In this document: one piece after another, positions 1 to 12,361 of the stretch
Layout: each line of letters starts with the position of its first letter
Position numbering within the stretch: the stretch's first letter is position 1
DNA from: Antechinus flavipes
Lineage: Eukaryota
Assembly (NCBI RefSeq): GCF_016432865.1
Contig: NC_067399.1
Coordinates: 682,186,001 to 682,250,000, forward strand
Length of the DNA: 64,000 nucleotides
Direction: 5' to 3'
Translations under genes and position numbers: made by a program
Notes under the pieces: generated by a model
Seen by the model: only the letters and a program-made list of their open reading frames with translations
Database searches by the model: none
What the model was told of the DNA's origin: nothing

Positions 1-1055
1 CCCTCTCAAGTGATTATATCTCCCTTATGATAAATCAGGTGGCCCCCTGACCTCTCAGACATCCCTGAAACATCCCATCCAGTTCCACAGCTCATGAATT
101 AGGGAAACTAAAGTATTTCCACAAAGCTAATGACCAGTGAGTCCTTAGCAAATGAATAGAGGGGATAAATATGCATCATTTAATTAGTATTATTATTAAT
201 TTAATAATTAATAATAATAAGCAAATTATTCTGGCCACATAAGGAACAAGGTTAAAATATGTATTCTAAATGATTGCACCTAATAGTTCTAATGGGGTAC
301 TTTGTACAAGTTATGATCTAAGTGGGATTCATTTTTTTCACCTGCCTCTATGACACCTATGACTGTTTTTATTTTGGGCTGAATGGAATACACTAGAATA
401 GATCTCAAGTTCTTATGTTTATTGGAATTGACATCCAAAGTAAAATCTGTTCTATGATGTTAACCTTATGCAGAAATCAATTCTGAGACTGTTTCCCCCC
501 ACCCAGAGAAAGTCAATTAACCTCAGGAACCAAGCAATAAGAGGAATCCATGCCCGTCAAGGGCATTCTTGAAATTCTAGCATTCCCAACGTGAGAGATG
601 ATTGGATACATGCATGTACTTGATAGCTTCCCAACCAAGGGAGACCGAAGTGCCAAAATCATAGTATTTTATATCATCTCCTTTTCTGAAAAAGCAGATG
701 AGGTAACTTGAAAAAAAAAAAAGCAGTCCAACTTGACTTTCAAATATTTCCTCACAATTAGACTTCCAAAAAACAAAATGGCAGAAACTAGACATAGACA
801 AATACTTCATATTTTATGCCTAGTTAAAACTAAAATGGGTACATCATTTAGACATAAAAGGTGATGCTGTAAGCAAATTAGGAAAACAAGAAAGAGTTTA
901 CCCGTCAGATCTTTGGAGAAAGGAAGAATTATGACCACATTATGAATTGCAAAATGGTTAATTTTCCTTATTTTAAGTTTAAAAGGTTTTGCACAAAGAA
1001 AACCAGTGCCACCAAGATTAGAAGGGAAACAGAAAGTTGGGGGGAAGAATTTTTA

Positions 1056-1995
1056 CATCTAGTATTTCTGATAAAAGTCTCAGCTCTGAAATATATGAAG
1101 AATTGAGTCAAATTTCTAAGAATACAAGTCATTCCCCAATTAATAAATGATGAAAAGATATGAACAGACAATTTTCAGATGAAGAAATTAAAGTCATCCC
1201 TTGCCACATGAAGAAAATATTTCAAATCACTATTGATTAGAGAAATCAAATTAAAACAAGCCCGAAAACCACCTCACATGTCTCAGATTGGCTAAGATGA
1301 CAAGAAAAGATAACGATAAATGTTGGAGGGGATATGGGAAAACTGGGACGTTAATGCATTATTGGTGGAGTTGTGGACTAATCCAAACATTCTGGAGAAC
1401 AATTGGGAATTATTCCCAAAGGGCTATAAAACTTTGCCCTTTGATCCAGAGGTGTCTCTACAGGACCTGTATCCCCAAGAGATCATAAAAGAGGGAAGAG
1501 TACCCACAAGTGCAAAAATGTTTGTAGCAGCCCTTTTTGTAGTGGCAAAAAATTAGAAACTGAGGAGATGCCCATAGGTTGGGGAATGGCTGAATAAGTG
1601 ATGGTATATGCTTGTAATGGAATACTGTTGTCCCATAAGAAATGCTAACCAGGCTAATTTCATTAGAGTCCCAAAAGACTTACACGAACTGATACTGAGT
1701 GAAGTGAGCAGAATCAAGAAAACATTGTACACAGCAATGTTGTATGATGATCAAGTATGATAGATGGCTCTTCTTAACAATTTAGTGATCCAAAACAATT
1801 CCAATATACTTTGCATTAAAAAATGCCATCAGCATCCCAAGAAAGAACTATGGAGACCAAATGTGGATCAAAGTAAACTCTTTACTTTTTTCTTTTTTCT
1901 TGCTCATAGTTTTGTTTACCTTTTCTCTTAATTTTTTTCCCAACATAACTCATATGGTAATGTTAAAATTAATGTACAGACATAATCTAAAATAA
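1056..1995 (+). mobile_element. Older L1 3' fragment (ORF2 C-terminus and 3'UTR)
   Basis: Degenerate [18 protein letters not shown] and [15 protein letters not shown] translations, followed by 3'UTR and an A-rich end. Confidence 0.9.
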
Positions 1996-3489
1996 ACAAA
2001 TGAATGAATGAATGAGATCCACTATAAAACAAAACAAAAAAAAATGATCTCCCAAACTTAGGAACTCAACAACTTGCATATATTTCAAGGTTCTTAAGGG
2101 TCTAGAAAAAAAATTGGTTTGGATTTGTCTACATCTAGTAGCACTCCCAAATAATATATGAATTAATGATATAAAAAGTATTACATTTTCTGTTTTGAAG
2201 ATAAAGCATCAAAGCTGAGTGTTATTAAAGAAATAATTTAAGAAAGTGAGATGGGAAACAGAGGGTGTCCATGAGAGAGAAAATGCATCCACTCAATTTA
2301 TTTCCAAAACACTCAGTTGTTTATTAAAGGCATGTGTTCCAAATGTCATTTTTCAAATATATATATAAAGTCTTTTCACAATTTCTTCTCTTTTCTTATC
2401 TCAGGGCAGTTCATGTCTTACTGCATCAGAATCAGGCTTATTTAAACTCTCAAAAGATCCTAACTTTTTGAAGTTTCTTAGGCTACTGCTTCAAATCAGC
2501 ATGATTCACAGCATTTCTGGACCAAAACAGGCAGCACTCTATCTACCACAGTAACCAGCTGGAGAATTTCATAAAGTCCCCTTCTGTTATCAGTGTGGAC
2601 TGATATGATAGGACCAATGTCCAATTGGGCTACCCATCATGGGCTTCTAAACCAGAATGAAAAAATGATGACTCCAAAGAAACAATTCCTCAACTATTAT
2701 TTTTTGAAAGAGAGTCACCATCTTGTGTGAAAAATTAATGGTTATTTTCTAGTCTTTATTCTTCTTGAACTCTCTAACACACTTGACAGTATGAGTTCTT
2801 GTCTTCTCCTGGAAATTCTCCATTTTCTAAATTTAGGACATGTTCTTTTCTTTTGATTCTGTTCTTTTTGGCTGCTCCCTCTCTGACTCCTTTGTTGAAT
2901 CTTCATCCATGAGTTCACCCCCTAATTGTGAAGATAGGTGAATAATAAAATGGAGTATTTTGTAAAATACTTTCTTAAAATCTAGAGTCTAGATCCTTAG
3001 CTTATAAAGATAGTGGCAAGGAGACAAAGACAGAGAGACAGGAGTGAAAGAGGAAAGAGATAGTAGAAAGTTCAAAAGGAAAGAAAGGAAGAAGGAAGGA
3101 AAGAATCTGGTCAATAGGTTATACGGTAAAACCTATTTATGATGAACTTTTCCTGGCACTCTATAGCCAGCTCTTCCTTTTTTCAATGTTTACTAATTGT
3201 TCCCTGAAAAATTCACTAAATTCTATGTCTTCTTCCCTTGAACTTGATGCAAATGTTCTTTTACTATGTTTCTACACTCTAATTCCACATAATCGTTCCT
3301 TCATATAAAATAGACTAACCATCATACATTATCCCCATCTGTCTGAAATCTTTTGAAGACATGACTCAATGACACTATATCCTGATCCTGACTGCGCCTC
3401 CCATGTATCAATCATATGTGGGAGATGAAATTGGACAACTTGCACAAGAATCCATAGTATCCCTTGTTATAAATGAATTTAACAGCATC

Positions 3490-3612
3490 GGTTAAGCAGT
3501 TATTGAGAATCAACAACTAATAACAACAGTTATTAACAACTACACTAAGCACTAGAAAAAGTAAATAAAAAAAAAAACAACATAGCCTCTGCCATCAAAA
3601 AGCTTACATTCT
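3490..3612 (-). mobile_element. L2 3'-end relic, left half, split by the young L1
   Basis: actaagcactagaaaaag...tagcctctgccatcaaaaagcttacattct resembles the reverse complement of the L2 3' consensus and continues at 9357. Confidence 0.65.
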
Positions 3613-3962
3613 TTTTTTTTTTTTTAATTTTTTATTTAATAATTACATTATATTGACACTCATTTCTGTTCCGATTTTTTTCCCCTCCCTCCCTCCACCC
3701 CCTCCCCTAGATGGCAAGCAGTCCTTTATATGTTGGATATGTTGCAGTATATCCTAGATACAATATATGTTTGCAGAACCGAACAGTTCTCTTGTTGCGT
3801 AGGGAGAATTGGATTCAGAAGGTATAAATAATCCGGGAAGAAAAACAAAAATGCAGATAGTTCACATTCGTTTCCCAGTGTTCTTTTCTTTGGGTGTAGC
3901 TGCTTTTGTCCGTCATTTATCAATTGAAACTCAGGTCTCTTTGTCAAAGAAATCCACTTCCA

Positions 3963-6900
3963 TCAAAATATGTCCTCATACAATATCGTTGTCGAAGTGT
4001 ATAATGATCTCCTGGTTCTGCTCATTTCACTTAGCATCAGTTCATGAAGGTCTCTCCAAGCCTCTCTGTATTCATCCTGCTGGTCATTTCTTACAGAACA
4101 ATAATATTCCATAACATTCATATACCACAATTTACCCAGCCATTCTCCAATTGATGGGCATCCATTCATTTTCCAGTTTCTAGCCACTACAAACAGGGCT
4201 GCTACAAACATTTTGGCACATACAGGTCCCTTTCCCTTCTTTAGTATTTCTTTGGGATATAAGCCCAATAGAAACACTGCTGGATCAAAGGATATGCACA
4301 TTTTGATAATTTTTTGGGCATAATTCCAGATTGCTCTCCAGAATGGTTGGATTCGTTCACAACTCCACCAACAATGCATTAGTGTCCCAGTTTTCCCGCA
4401 TCCCCTCCAACATTCATCATTATTTTTTCCTGTCATCTTAGCCAATCTGACAGGTGTGTAGTGGTATCTCAGAGTTGTCTTAATTTGCATTTCTCTGATC
4501 AATAATGATTTGGAACACTCTTTCATATGAGTGGTAATAGTTTCAATCTCATCCTCTGAAAATTGTCTGTTCATATCCTTTGACCATTTATCAATTGGAG
4601 AATGGCTTGATTTCTTATAAATTTGAGTCAGTTCTCTATATATTTTGGAAATGAGGCCTTTATCAGAACCTTTAACTGTGAAAATGTTTTCCCAGTTTGT
4701 TGCTTCCCTTCTAATCTTGTTTGCATTAGTTTTATTTGTACAAAGGCTTTTTAATTTGATGTAATCGAAATTTTCTATTCTGTGATCAGTAATGGTCTCT
4801 AGTTCATCTTTGGTCACAAATTTCTTTCTCCTCCACAAGTCTGAGAGATAAACTATTCTATGTTCCTCTAATTTATTTATAATCTCGTTCTTTATGCCTA
4901 GGTCATAGACCCATTTTGATCTTATCTTGGTATATGGTGTTAAGTGTGGGTCCATGCCTAATTTCTGCCATACTAATTTCCAATTATCCCAGCAGTTTTT
5001 ATCAAATATTGAATTCTTTTCCCAGAAGTTAGGGGCTTTGGGTTTGTCAAACACTAGATTGCTATAATTGACTATTCTGTCTTGTGAGCCTAGCCTTTTC
5101 CACTGATCCACTAATCTATTTCTTAGCCAATACCAAATGGTTTTGGTGACTGCTGCTTTATAATATAATTTTAGATCAGGTACAGCTAGGCCACCTTCAT
5201 TTGATTTTTTTTTCATTAGTTCCCTTGAGATTCTCGACTTTTTATTGTTCCATATGAATTTTGTTGTTATTTTTTCTAGATCAATAAAATATTTTCTTGG
5301 AAGTCCGATTGGTATAGCACTAAATAAATAGATTAGTTTAGGGAGTATTGTCATCTTTATTATGTTCGCTCGGCCAATCCAAGAGCACTTAATATTTTTC
5401 CAATTATTTAAGTCTGACTTTATTTGTGTGGAGACTTTTTTATAATTTTGCTCATATAATTCCTGACTTTCCTTTGGTAGATAGATTCCCAAATATTTTA
5501 TGGTATCAACAGTTATTCTGAATGGAATTTCTCTTTGTATCTCTTGCTGTTGGGTTTTGTTGGTGATGTATAAAAATGCTGAGGATTTATGGGGATTTAT
5601 TTTGTAGCCAGATACTTTGCTAAAATTATGAATTATTTCCAATAGCTTTTTGGTAGAATCTCTGGGGTTCTCTAGGTATACCATCATATCATCTGCAAAG
5701 AGTGATAGTTTGGTTTCCTCATTGCCTACTCTAATTCCTTTTATATCTTTCTCGACTCTTATTGCCGAGGCTAGTGTTTCTAATACGATATTAAATAATA
5801 ATGGTGATAGTGGGCACCCTTGCTTCACTCCAGATCTTACTGGGAAGGGTTCCAGTTTTTCTCCATTGCATATGATGCTTACTGATGGTTTTAAATATAT
5901 GCTCCTGACTATTTTAAGGAAAAGTCCATTTATTCCTATGCTCTCAAGTGTTTTTATTAGGAATGGATGTTGGATTTTATCAAATGCTTTTTCTGCATCT
6001 ATTGAGATGATCATGTGGTTTTTGTTTGTTTGGTTATTGATATAGTCAATTATGCTAATAGTTTTCCTAATATTGAACCAGCCCTGCATTCCTGGTATAA
6101 ATCCTACTTGGTCATAGTGTATTATCCTGGTGACAATTTTCTGTAATCTTTTTGCTAATATTTTATTTAAGATTTTAGCATCAATATTCATTAGGGAGAT
6201 TGGTCTATAATTTTCTTTCTCTGTTTTCAGCCTACCTGGTTTAGGTATCAGTACCATATCTGTGTCATAAAAGGAGTTTGGTAGGACTCCTTCAATCCCT
6301 ATTTTTTCAAATAGTTTATATAACATTGGAGTTAATTGTTCTTTAAATGTTTGGTAGAATTCACATGTAAATCCATCTGGTCCTGGGGATTTTTTCTTAG
6401 GGAGTTGATTGATAGTTTGTTCTATTTCTTTTTCTGAGATGGGACTGTTTAGGATATTTACTTCTTCCTCTGTTAGTTTGGGCAAGCTGTATTTTTGGAG
6501 GTATTTTTCTATTTCATTTAAGTTGTCGAATTTATTGGCATAAAGTTGGGCAAAGTAACTCCTAATTATTGCTCCAATTTCCTCTTCGTTAGTGGTGAGT
6601 TCTCCCTTTTCATTTTTAAGACTAACAATTTGATTTTCCTCTTTCCTTTTTTTAATCGGATTTACTAAGGGTTTGTCTATTTTGTTGGTTTTTTCATAGA
6701 ACCAACTCTTAGTTTTATTAATCAATTCAATAGTTTTTTTACTTTCAATTTTATTGATCTCACCTTTTATTTTTAGAATTTCAAGTTTAGTGTTTGACTG
6801 GGGGTTTTTAATTTGTTCCTTTTCTAGCATTTTTAGTTGCAAACCCAATTCATTGACCTTCTCTTTCTCTATTTTATACAAATAGGCCTCTAGAGATATG

Positions 6901-7790
6901 AAATTTCCCCTTATTACCGCTTTGGCTGCATCCCATACATTTTGGTATGATGTCTCATTATTATCGTTTTCTTGGGTGAAGTTATTAATTATGTCTATGA
7001 TTTGCTGTTTTACCCAATCATTTAGTATGAGATTATTTAGTTTCCAATTATTTTTTGGTCTACTTCCCCCTGCTTTTTTGTTGAATGTAATTTTCATTGC
7101 ATCGTGGTCTGAAAAGGATGCATTTACTATTTCTGCCTTACTACATTTGAGTTTGAGGTTTTTATGTCCTAATATATGGTCAATTTTTGTATAGGTTCCA
7201 TGAACTGCTGAAAAGAAAGTGTATTCCTTTCTGTCTCCATTACATTTTCTCCAGAGATCTATCATATCTAGCTTTTCTAGTATTCTGTTTACCTCTTTGA
7301 CTTCTTTCTTATTTATTTTCTGGTTTCATTTATCTAATTCTGAGAGTGCAAGGTTAAGATCTCCCACTATTATAGTTTTACTGTCTATTTCTTCTTGCAG
7401 CTCTCTTAGTTTCTCTTTTAAGAATTTAGATGCTACCCCACTTGGTGCATATATGTTTAATATAGATAGTGCTTCATTATCCATGCTACCCTTTAGCAAG
7501 ATATAGTGTCCTTCCTTATCTCTTTTAATTAGGTCAATTTTTGCTTTAGCTTGATCTGAGATCAGGATGGCTACCCCTGCTTTTTTGACTTCACCTGAAG
7601 CATAGTAGATTTTGCTCCAACCTTTTACCTTTAACCTGCATGTATCTCCCCGCTTCAGGTGTGTTTCCTGTAAACAACATATTGTAGGATTCTGGCTTTT
7701 AATCCATTCTGCTAACCGCTTCCTCTTTATGGGGGAGTTTACCCCGTTCACATTTATGGTTAGAATGACCAATTCTGTATTACTTGCCAT
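3963..7790 (-). pseudogene. L1 ORF2 (APE endonuclease, reverse transcriptase, C-terminal Cys/His domain), ~1275 codons with one in-frame stop
   Basis: ORF-track pieces 7326-7790 and 3963-7265 share a frame, separated by one TGA at 7326-7328 (ELDK*NQKINK). Motifs TINVNG, CLQETH, GDLN, KIDHILG, SDHDA, QGCPLSP, FADD, KYLGI and CWRGCG...HCWWSC are all present. Confidence 0.95.
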
Positions 7791-8310
7791 CTTGTTAACC
7801 CCGGTTTATGCTTTCCTCCCTTCTTTCCCCTTTCCCCCCTTCCAAGTATTAAGCTTGTGAGCACCCCTTGTTTCTCACAGCCCTCCCTTTTTAGTGTCCC
7901 TCCCCCCGCCTTAGAGTTCCTCCCCCTATCTTACCCCTTTCCCTCCCAGTTCCCGTATTCCCTTCCGCTTAGCTTATTCCTTCCCTTTCCACTTTTCCCT
8001 TCTCACTTTTCAATGAGATGGGAGAAGTTTCACCATAGATTGAATATGTCTTAAGATTTTTCACTTAAAGCCAATTCTGAAGGCAGTAAGATACCTACTA
8101 TATTCATCCCCCTCCATTCTTTCTCTCAGATATAATAGGTTTCCTATGCCTCTTCATGAGATGTACTACCCCCACTTTACCCTTTTTCTGCTACAATGTC
8201 CTTTCCACATCAATTTCTAGAACAAGGTATACATGTATTCTTTATGCATCTATATAGTCAAAATATAGTTCCCAAGATTAATCTTTACCTTTTTAGATTT
8301 CTCTTGAGTT

Positions 8311-9356
8311 CTATATTTGTAGATCAAACTTTTTGTTAAGTTCTGGTTTTTTCATCAGAAATAGATGAAATTCGCTTACTTCATTGAATGTCCATCTTCT
8401 TCCCTGGAAAAAGATGCTCATTCTCGCTGGGTAAGTTATTTTTGGTTGCATACCAAGTTCCTTAGCCTTTCGGAATATCATATTCCAGGCCCTTCGATCT
8501 TTTAATGTGGATGCTGCCAGATCCTGGGTGATCCTTATTGTGGCTCCTTGATACTTGAATTGGGTTTTTCTAGCCGCTTGCAATATTTTTTTCTTTCATC
8601 TGAGGGTTCTGGCATTTGGCCACTATATTCCTTGGTGTTTTGATTTTAGGATCCCTTTCAGTGGGTGATCGGTGAATCCTTTCAATGTTTATTTTTTCCT
8701 CTGTTCCTATGACTTCTGGGCAGTTCTCTTTGATAATTTCCTGGAAGACAGTGTCCAGGCTCTTTTTTTCATCATGTTTTTCTGGGAGTCCAATGATTCT
8801 CAGATTGTCTCTCCTGGATCTGTTTTCCAGGTCTGTTGTCTTTCCCAGAAGGTATTTCACATTTTTCTCCATTGTTTGATTTTTTTGGATTTGCTTGACT
8901 GATTCTTCTTGTCTCCTCGAGTCATTCAATTCCACTTGTTCAATTCTGATTTTCAGTGAAGTATTCTCTTCACTCACTTTTTTAAAATCTTTCTCTAATT
9001 GTCCCATTGAGTTCTTTTGTTCTGTGGAATTTTTTTCCATTTCGCCAATTTTGTTTTCCAGTTCACTAATCCTATTTTTCAAGGATTTTACTTCTTTATC
9101 CACTCTCTCTTTAACTGACTTCTCCAGGCTCTTTTGCCAAGCCTCCCTCTCCTTTTCCCAAGCTTCCTTCTCCTTTTGCCAAGCCTCACTCTGCTTTCCC
9201 CATTTTTCTTCTAGCTCCCTTGTGAGAGCCTTTTTAATCACTTCTATGAGGTTCATCTGTGCTGAGGAACAGACGATCTCCTCCTTTGGGGAATCACCTG
9301 GGGACTGCCTGTTTTTAGTCTCCTCAGGATTTAGAGTCTGCTCTCTATCTGTGTAG
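8311..9356 (-). pseudogene. L1 ORF1 (coiled coil, RRM, CTD), N-terminally truncated, one +1 frameshift
   Basis: LENRSRRDNLRIIGLPE, IIKENCPE and RITQDLAASTLKDRRAWNMIF motifs. The frame shifts at the T7 run 8586-8592 (KEKNIASG instead of the expected KEKILQAARK). Confidence 0.93.
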
Positions 9357-9420
9357 AGCTTACATTCTAATAGGGAGAGATAATCTATACAGGGCAATAA
9401 TCTCCAGAGAAGGGAGAAAG
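9357..9420 (-). mobile_element. L2 3'-end relic, right half
   Basis: agcttacattctaatagggagagataa continues the L2 motif interrupted at 3612. Confidence 0.6.
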
Positions 9421-9489
9421 TCATGAGAAACTTTGAAGGATCCACAGCAGACAGCATCCAAGAGGTGACATTCAAAAAGAAGAGACATA

Positions 9490-9516
9490 ATTTCTGGATA
9501 ATTTAATCATTTTATT
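9490..9516 (-). terminator. Candidate polyadenylation signal of a minus-strand transcript
   Basis: AATAAA on the minus strand at 9511-9516, followed ~20 nt downstream by a U/GU-rich element (tatgtctcttctttttgaatgt). Confidence 0.3.
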
Positions 9517-9722
9517 AATAAAGGCAATAATTCAATAAAAAAAAAGAATGGTCATTTGGCTGTCTCTCTTAAACCAAAGACCATCATGGGAACTGGCTCA
9601 TGGTTTATATGATCTTGTGGAAGAAGCTGGTTTCTTGGGTGGCCATCAAGTCTTACTGGTTAAAGGGTAATGAGAGAATTAATATTATGCAATGGGGCTG
9701 TGTTGGGTTGAGCTTTATCTGG

Positions 9723-10038
9723 TTATGCATCAGACATGAATGAACCCCTTGAGGAGCTGGAAGAGCTAGAAGACCTGGTAGGAAATGGTGACAACAGCAG
9801 CAGCAAGGACTTAGCAGCCAAGCAGGAAGCCGACGTTCCCAAGAAATACCAGCCTAATAGTTGGGATGTTCACGTACACATCGGAATCCCTGGATTTATT
9901 AGTGACTCTTTTTTAGGTGGTAGTTCTATGGCTTCTGAGAATCCCAATTCTTCCTGTAATGGCCGAGTTGCTCTCTGGGGTACACAGATTAGTGGACACA
10001 TGTCTGAGCTTTTTCTCCTTTCTCTTCATTTTCAGTGA
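9723..10038. other. Non-repeat, coding-like block; candidate exon, strand unresolved
   Basis: The + strand ORF 9736-10038 is acidic (MNEPLEELEELEDL...). One - strand frame ends ...RSSSSSSSSRGSFMSDA* about 210 nt before the AATAAA at 9511. No protein recognised. Confidence 0.25.
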
Positions 10039-10140
10039 AAAAGGAAAATTTTCATGAATTTGGAACAGTTAGTCAAATGGCTACTCAGCTCCTCCCCAGC
10101 AATTTCTGCTATATTTCTGTGGCAACACAGCCCACAGCAG
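10036..10140 (+). CDS. Candidate internal exon (105 nt, phase 1-1), product unknown
   Basis: Very strong acceptor ctttttctcctttctcttcattttcAG and donor CAG|GTGGGA. Only the phase-1 frame is open (xKKENFHEFGTVSQMATQLLPSNFCYISVATQPTA). Confidence 0.3.
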
Positions 10141-11539
10141 GTGGGATAAGCCTGGGGCCCCTTCCAGCCTGCTTGGTCATTTTAATTGGACTCATTGCTC
10201 AATGCCTTTAAACAGCCAGTGAATTTTAAAAGAAATACACAGCATAAGAGGAGTGCTGGAGCTGACTTGAATATAGATTTTTTTCCCCCTGATCTGATCA
10301 ACAATTTACCTCCAAATGGTGAACTGATTGTGAAAAGGGACAGAAAAAAATGTCTAAGAAAAAAAGGTGGATTATGACAGAAGGGATTCTTGCTCAATAT
10401 AAAGAACTGCAGATAATTTCATCTTTTTTTTTTTTTTAATGGCTGTTAAATCAAATCGACACCTCACACTGGAACTTGAATTCTGACATTTTAAATAGTC
10501 ATTGATCACTTTTGTTGCCCAGTTGTGATGACTAAAATATGTGGTTTTACATTTTGCACAAAAGCCCCCATATTGATGAAAGCAGAGAAGGGAAGGGAAA
10601 AGAAAAACTGGAAAAGGGAGGGAATGATTAACTTTGAGATGCCAAAATGTTGGTCATATGGAGATGTCATGTGAATAGTGCTCATAAGCAGCAAATAAAA
10701 TGAGCACCTCCATATAAGTTATACAACAAAAGAATACGATTATATATCAGACTCTACTATACTCTATTATGTACAATCTGCTTTTATTTTTAATTATATA
10801 ATGAATTAAATAGATTACTTTCAGAGGTTTCTTACTTATATGTAATTTCTTTGATTTTTCTTTCCATTCTTTCCCCACCTTTTTAGAGGGGGATTTATCA
10901 CTACTCTTCATGTGCCTCCTATCTCCTCCAAAATTGGGCAAAGAGAAAAAAAAGTGGGGAAAAACACATCCCTCACTTTTGCTTCAGTCATTAAATTGAG
11001 TCTATTCCTTCTGTTAAGCGCACTTCATCTCAAGTACTCTGGAAGACTAGTTGGTTATTTCACTGGGAAGAGTTCTGAAATATTTCAGTCATCTTTATTT
11101 ACAATGTTGTAATTGTTATGTAAATTGTTCTCTTGATTCTGTTCACTTCACTCTGCATCAGTCGTATGTCTTCTCAGCATTCTCTAAAACTGCCTCACCT
11201 AGTATATTGCAGTTCTATTTTATACACGATAATTTGTTCAGCATTTTCCCAGCTGGTGAGCATTTCCCCCCTTGATTTCCAGTTCCTTGGTATAAAAAGT
11301 TGCTATAAAATGTTTCTACATATGAGTTTCCTTCTTTTCTTTAACGTAGAGTTCTAATAATCACACAGCTATGTTGAATGCCGTGCACAATTTTGTGACT
11401 CCTTGTAGAAAGGAGTTGGCTCATTTATGTCACTGGCATTCCATAATGCAAAAAACTCTGGACTTTGAGCCACTTGGGTACAAAGAATGTTTCATGCTTT
11501 TTACAATCCCAGTAGTATAATGACATAAAAATCCCTCCC

Positions 11540-11960
11540 ACCCCTCTCCTCAAATATACATCCAGTTGTCTACTCCTACTAGGCTTCATGCTACTTCTCA
11601 TACCAGGTACTCTATCACCTGTCGGGATGATCTTGCTTTGACTAACTATCCCCCATTCCTAGAAAACTCTCCTTATTGCTGCCTCTTAGTGTGCCTCATT
11701 TCCTTCAAAACTTTGCCCATGTGTTCTCCCCCAAGTCTTTTCTACCTCCCCTAAGTCACTAACATCTGCCCCCAAGTCACTTTTAAAAATTGCAATTGTT
11801 CTACACTGTATATACTTTATATTTATCTTCTCTATATCCCACTAGAGAATACCAGTTCTTTAAAAAACAGGGATTTCTTGATTTTTGTCATTATTAATTC
11901 TCTAATGTTTTAGAGAACTGGTACAGAATAGGTATTCAATAAATACTTGTTCAATAAATG
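11540..11960 (+). mobile_element. L2 3' fragment
   Basis: Ends in the L2 tail motif (ctggtacagaataggtattcaataaatacttgttcaataaatg). Confidence 0.7.
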
Positions 11961-12130
11961 TCTGATAATTTTCCTCATCCTCACTTTCTCCATCTCTAAA
12001 ATGGGGCTAATAATAACACCATTCTCAGGATTTTTTTGTGAAAGTCAAAGGAGATGATATTTATATAATAGTTTGCCAACCACAAAAGTGTTCTATCAAG
12101 AACAGCTGCTCTAATTATTATTGTAACCAT
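11960..12130 (+). mobile_element. MIR relic
   Basis: CORE motif tttctccatctctaaaatggggctaataataacacc. Confidence 0.7.
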
Positions 12131-12308
12131 AATCCTAACCAGGTTGCCATTGGGAGAAGTGCTTAGTAATCATTAATGGTGAGAATAAGGATTTATGTAG
12201 AAATACATTTGGTAAAAGAATTAAATCTTTGATTAGAAAGGAAACAGTTAATGGAGTAAGAGACCAGACTCTTTGCAAATACTAGTCTAATATTTTAGCC
12301 ATGGTAAA

Positions 12309-12361
12309 TGACGTCCAATGCAACTGCTATATAAGCGATTCCTCCAACAAGAGCCCACTGA
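12309..12361 (+). promoter_or_regulatory. Pol II core promoter: CRE-like TGACGTCC, overlapping CCAAT, TATATAA and Inr-like site
   Basis: TGACGTCC at 12309-12316, CCAAT at 12315-12319, TATATAA at 12328-12334, and Inr-like ccA(12357)ct 29 nt after the first T of the TATA box. CpG density is locally raised over ~12.3-13.1 kb. Confidence 0.6.

Larger units (their letters stand above)
3613..9356 (-). mobile_element. Young LINE-1 (marsupial L1), 5'-truncated inside ORF1, ~5.74 kb
   Basis: ORF1 and ORF2 recognisable. Poly(A) tail reads as a T-run from 3613. G-rich 3'UTR tract at ~3685-3707. Target-site duplication AGCTTACATTCT at 3601-3612 and 9357-9368. The reconstructed empty site on the minus strand reads TT|AGAA, matching the L1 endonuclease consensus TT|AAAA. 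Confidence 0.97.

Noticed and set aside
2420-2440. TACTGCATCAG resembling the 5' end of miR-217
   Set aside because: Only 11 nt match, the remainder diverges and there is no hairpin partner.
5650-8902. Plus-strand ORFs overlapping the young L1 (5650-6045, 6898-7194, 7219-7506, 7612-7860, 8672-8902, 8895-9356)
   Set aside because: Antisense shadows of L1 ORF1/ORF2 codon structure; no independent promoter or homology.
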